A DNA stretch of 64,000 nt, taken from a bacterium (GTDB lineage Bacteria; SAR324; NAC60-12). The translations under genes and the position numbers were made by a program. Location: assembly GCA_965209155.1 (NCBI GenBank), contig OZ242383.1, forward strand, positions 3,010,051 through 3,074,050. Reading direction: 5' to 3'. This document shows positions 60,877-64,000 of the stretch, piece after piece (positions within the stretch are counted from its first letter, which is position 1; each line of letters opens with the position of its first letter). The notes under the pieces were generated by a model. That model had not been told where the DNA came from. It ran no database searches and worked only from the letters and a program-made list of their open reading frames with translations.

Positions 60877-62120
60877 GCATGATCACGTCACTGAGACTCG
60901 TCAATTTCAAGAACTTCGCCGACGAGACGTTGCGCGTCGGACCCTTCACCGTGATCGTCGGCGCCAACGCCAGTGGCAAAAGTAACATTCGCGATGCCTT
61001 CCGCTTCCTGCACGGCATCGGTTGTGGTGATACCTTAGCCAGTATTTTCGGCGGGAAATTTGGTGGTCCCAGAATTCCAGAATGGGAACCGATTCGCGGG
61101 GCTCCAAATGAAATCGTTCGTTTTGGGTCAGCGCCCTCCAATTTCTCCCTTGATGTCGAATTGAAATCGTCAGGGATAAATACATACTACTCAATCACGG
61201 TCAATTACGAACCGGACAACCCTGCTGGATTCTGCGTATTGCAAGAAGAGTTGAGAATTGGGTCAAGGCATGTTTACACAGCGAAGAAAGATCAAGACAC
61301 CCTCTCGCTGGTTGCAGGGGAGGTAACGAAACAGGAGAAAACTCCCCCCTATAGCCCCTATAAACCGGCCCTGTCGGATTTTTATCAGAGATACAAGTTC
61401 AAGTATTTTTCCGAATCTGAAGCGAGTTTTCACGATGTGTTAGATCGTATGAGTTTTATAGAGTTGGTTCCCGAGCGGATGCGGGAACCATCTTTCCCTG
61501 GCGCGACTGAATTGGGAGATACAGGCGAGAACTTACCAACATCGCTCGAGGCAATCTGTGTTGACCCTAAACGAAAGAAGATTCTAGCCGATTGGTTGCA
61601 GGAACTGACTCCCATGGATGTGAGTGGTTTCGAATTCCCGCGTGATCCCACTGGTCGGGTCCACCTCCAAATCGTGGAGGGGAACGGGAGAAAGGTTTCG
61701 GCCTACAGCGCCTCAGATGGTACGTTGCGTTTTCTCGCCATGCTGGCCATACTGCTCGGCCCCCACTCGGGAGGCCTGTATTTCTTCGAAGAAATCGACA
61801 CGGGCATTCACCCGGCACGGCAATCGCTTTTACTGGAACTGATCGAAAATCAGACTGCTAAAGGCACAATTCAGGTCGTCACCACCACGCATGCACCCGA
61901 CCTGTTGAACCTGGTCAATGACCGGACATTCGAGAATACCTCCGTCGTCTACCGTGACGAGGACTCGGAGGACGGCATAATTCGGCCACTGGCGGAAATT
62001 CCCAATGCCAGGGAATTACGAAAGACCCAGGGGTTGGGTCGGCTTCTAAGCGGAGGTTGGATGGAGACCGCGCTTGCGTTCACCGAGGGAAACGACGATG
62101 AGGAGGAGAATGAAGAATGA
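60873..62120 (+). CDS. AAA_21/AAA_15-type ABC ATPase
   Basis: Walker A GANASGKSN; FEEIDTGIHP; TTTHAPD; 4-nt overlaps on both sides. Confidence 0.7.
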   Translation: MSMITSLRLVNFKNFADETLRVGPFTVIVGANASGKSNIRDAFRFLHGIGCGDTLASIFGGKFGGPRIPEWEPIRGAPNEIVRFGSAPSNFSLDVELKSSGINTYYSITVNYEPDNPAGFCVLQEELRIGSRHVYTAKKDQDTLSLVAGEVTKQEKTPPYSPYKPALSDFYQRYKFKYFSESEASFHDVLDRMSFIELVPERMREPSFPGATELGDTGENLPTSLEAICVDPKRKKILADWLQELTPMDVSGFEFPRDPTGRVHLQIVEGNGRKVSAYSASDGTLRFLAMLAILLGPHSGGLYFFEEIDTGIHPARQSLLLELIENQTAKGTIQVVTTTHAPDLLNLVNDRTFENTSVVYRDEDSEDGIIRPLAEIPNARELRKTQGLGRLLSGGWMETALAFTEGNDDEEENEE

Positions 62121-62680
62121 AAGTTCTCATCATTCCGGAAGATTTCCGCAACGATCAATACATTCTGAAGCCATTATTCTTACGACTCTTTCATGCCATC
62201 GGCAAACCACGTACGAAAGTCGAGGTTTGTCGCGATCCATTGCTTGGCGGCGTCGATGAAGCAATGAAAATTCAGCGCATTGAAGAGATTCTGATGCAAC
62301 ATGGTGGGATGACTGATATTTTTATTCTGTGCATCGACCGGGACGGTGATAAAAACCGGCGTCAGAAACTTGATCGACTCGAATCGAAATTAGGCAACTC
62401 CCATTCATTCCTTGCCGAGAATGCCTGGGAAGAATTGGAGACCTGGGTTCTGGCGGGTCTGGATTTGCCAAACGAATGGCGGTGGTCCGACGTTCGTAAG
62501 GAAGTCCAGGTCAAGGAAGTGTACTTCGAGCGACTAGTCATCAAACGAGGTTTGTCGGACGAACCTGGCGGTGGTCGAAAAGTACTGGGAGAAGAGGCAT
62601 CGCGCCGGATTGGCGCGATCCGGCAGAAGTGTCCCGAGGATTTCGACGCCCTTGCCCGGCGTCTCGAATCCGCTATCTAA
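62117..62680 (+). CDS. DUF4276-family (TOPRIM-like) protein
   Basis: 187 aa; MKVLIIPED...; CIDRDGD acidic motif; overlaps the ATPase stop. Confidence 0.55.
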   Translation: MKVLIIPEDFRNDQYILKPLFLRLFHAIGKPRTKVEVCRDPLLGGVDEAMKIQRIEEILMQHGGMTDIFILCIDRDGDKNRRQKLDRLESKLGNSHSFLAENAWEELETWVLAGLDLPNEWRWSDVRKEVQVKEVYFERLVIKRGLSDEPGGGRKVLGEEASRRIGAIRQKCPEDFDALARRLESAI

Positions 62681-62700
62681 ACTCACTGAACGAGGACAAC

Positions 62701-63990
62701 ATGACAATGAAAGCTTCCTGGAAACCCTGGCACGAGGTCGTGCAACTGCGTGATGACCTGAAGACCGGTGAACTGGCGTTGGCCGTCTTTGCCGCAGACC
62801 TCTACGACGTGGTGATGCAAAAGGGTCAACGGCCGGTCTACGAGCGGCCCGCCGAGTTCTTTGCCCTGACCTACGCCACATTCAACCTGCGCGAACTGGT
62901 CAGGGAGGTCGTTCTGCGCCTGGCCGGCCGGAGTGACAAGGCTTATCGTAAACTCTCCGTCAATTATGGCGGTGGCAAAACCCACACGCTCATCGCGCTC
63001 AGGCATCTCGTAAACGACCCGGACACTTTGCCCGACTTGCCAGCCGTCAAAGAATTCGAATCACACGCCGGGTTCAAAATTCCCAAGGCACGTGTCTCGG
63101 CACTGTGCTTCGACAAGATCGACCTGGAAAAGGGAGTCGAGACGCCAGGTCCCGGTGGAAGGGCGCGGATGCTCCGGCACCCGTGGAGCGTGCTCGCCTT
63201 TCAATTGGCGGGGGCGGAGGGTCTCGCCCTCATCCATGGAGAGGGGAAGGAGGAGCGTGATACGCCACCGGCGGAACCCCTCCTGGTGGACCTGCTGTCC
63301 AAACCCCAGCAAGAGGGTCTGGCGACGCTGGTACTTCTCGACGAGGTGTTGATGTACATCCGCACCCGCGTGGAAAGCGACCCGAGTTGGCGTGGACGCA
63401 TGATGAGCTTTTTCCAGTACCTCACGCAAGCCGTGGTCAAGGTGGACCGCTGCGCCATGGTGGCCTCCCTGCTTGCCTCCGATCCCGGGAAGCACGATGA
63501 TTTCGGAAAGGAACTCCTGCGAGACCTGTCCGAGGTCTTCGGCAGGCAGATGGAAGAAGACGCGAGTCCCGTGAGCAAGGAGGACGTGGCGGAAGTGCTC
63601 CGCCGTCGCTTCTTCAAACCCGAATCGATTCGCGATTCCAACGAGTTCCGTCCACATGTGAATTCGGTGGTGAGCCATATCGCCATGCTCGACGAAGGGA
63701 CCAAAAAAGAGCGCAAGATTGCGGAAATACGATATTTGAACAGCTATCCCTTTCACCCCGATCTCAGTGAGATCTTCTACACGCGCTGGACTCAACTCGA
63801 GGGATTCCAGCGGACGCGGGGTATCCTGCGAACCTTTGCCATTGCTTTGCGTGATGCGGAAAAATGGGACACGAGTCCACTGGTCGGGGCCAACGTGCTG
63901 TTGAACGAAGCGGGACGGAACGACCTGGCGGAAGCCGCACGAGAACTGGCCGTCTCTGCCAGCGTAGACGGTGCCGATGGCCGGCACCAT
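62701..63990 (+). CDS. DUF499-family ATPase (BrxC/PglY-like), 5'-partial in window
   Basis: Not in the ORF track because it has no stop before the window end. My translation from ATG 62701 gives MTMKASWKPWHEVVQLRDDLKTGELALAVFAADLYDV...KLSVNYGGGKTHTLIALRHL... with no stop through 63990. Confidence 0.65.
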
Positions 63991-64000
63991 GAATGGGCCC

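Noticed and set aside
63061-63990. 309-aa minus-strand ORF and other antisense ORFs at the window end
   Set aside because: The plus strand encodes a continuous DUF499-like ATPase with Walker A NYGGGKTH from 62701 to the window edge. The antisense ORFs are artefacts.

Overview
This is a 64-kb bacterial accessory region of about 50-55% GC with three parts.

- **1-8.4 kb, ordinary:** F420/PNPOx-like protein, DUF350 membrane protein, a minus-strand sulfate-assimilation operon (Rrf2 regulator, ferredoxin-type sulfite reductase, CysH, TusA), an ArgH-like lyase and an enoyl-CoA hydratase.
- **8.4-43 kb, repeat-rich and heavily rearranged:**
  - A 1.15-kb segmental duplication of a FAH-family gene, each copy ending in a MITE-like element.
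  - Four paralogous family-5 SBP + DppB/DppC-like permease cassettes with no ATPase genes, plus one orphan SBP.
  - Noncoding regions up to 1.1 kb that are more conserved than the coding sequence, including a (GGGTGCC)n VNTR.
  - Palindromic and hairpin elements, IS/Rpn remnants, TA modules (HigBA-like; DUF433/DUF5615) and several pseudogenes.
- **43-47 kb, ordinary:** a methyltransferase, YqgE/AlgH and a TPP enzyme.
- **47-64 kb, defence island:**
  - An SNF2-like helicase with a DUF3883-like tail.
  - A low-GC block: a retropepsin-like protease, a translationally coupled DUF262 / AAA_21-DUF3696 ATPase / unknown triad, an NDT-like protein and an OLD-like ATPase.
  - A tightly overlapping operon: DUF1156 N6-adenine methyltransferase, AAA ATPase, DUF4276 and a partial DUF499 ATPase.

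The coupled DUF262/ATPase/unknown triad and the composite OLD-like/DUF1156/AAA/DUF4276/DUF499 operon are the strongest candidates for undescribed defence systems.
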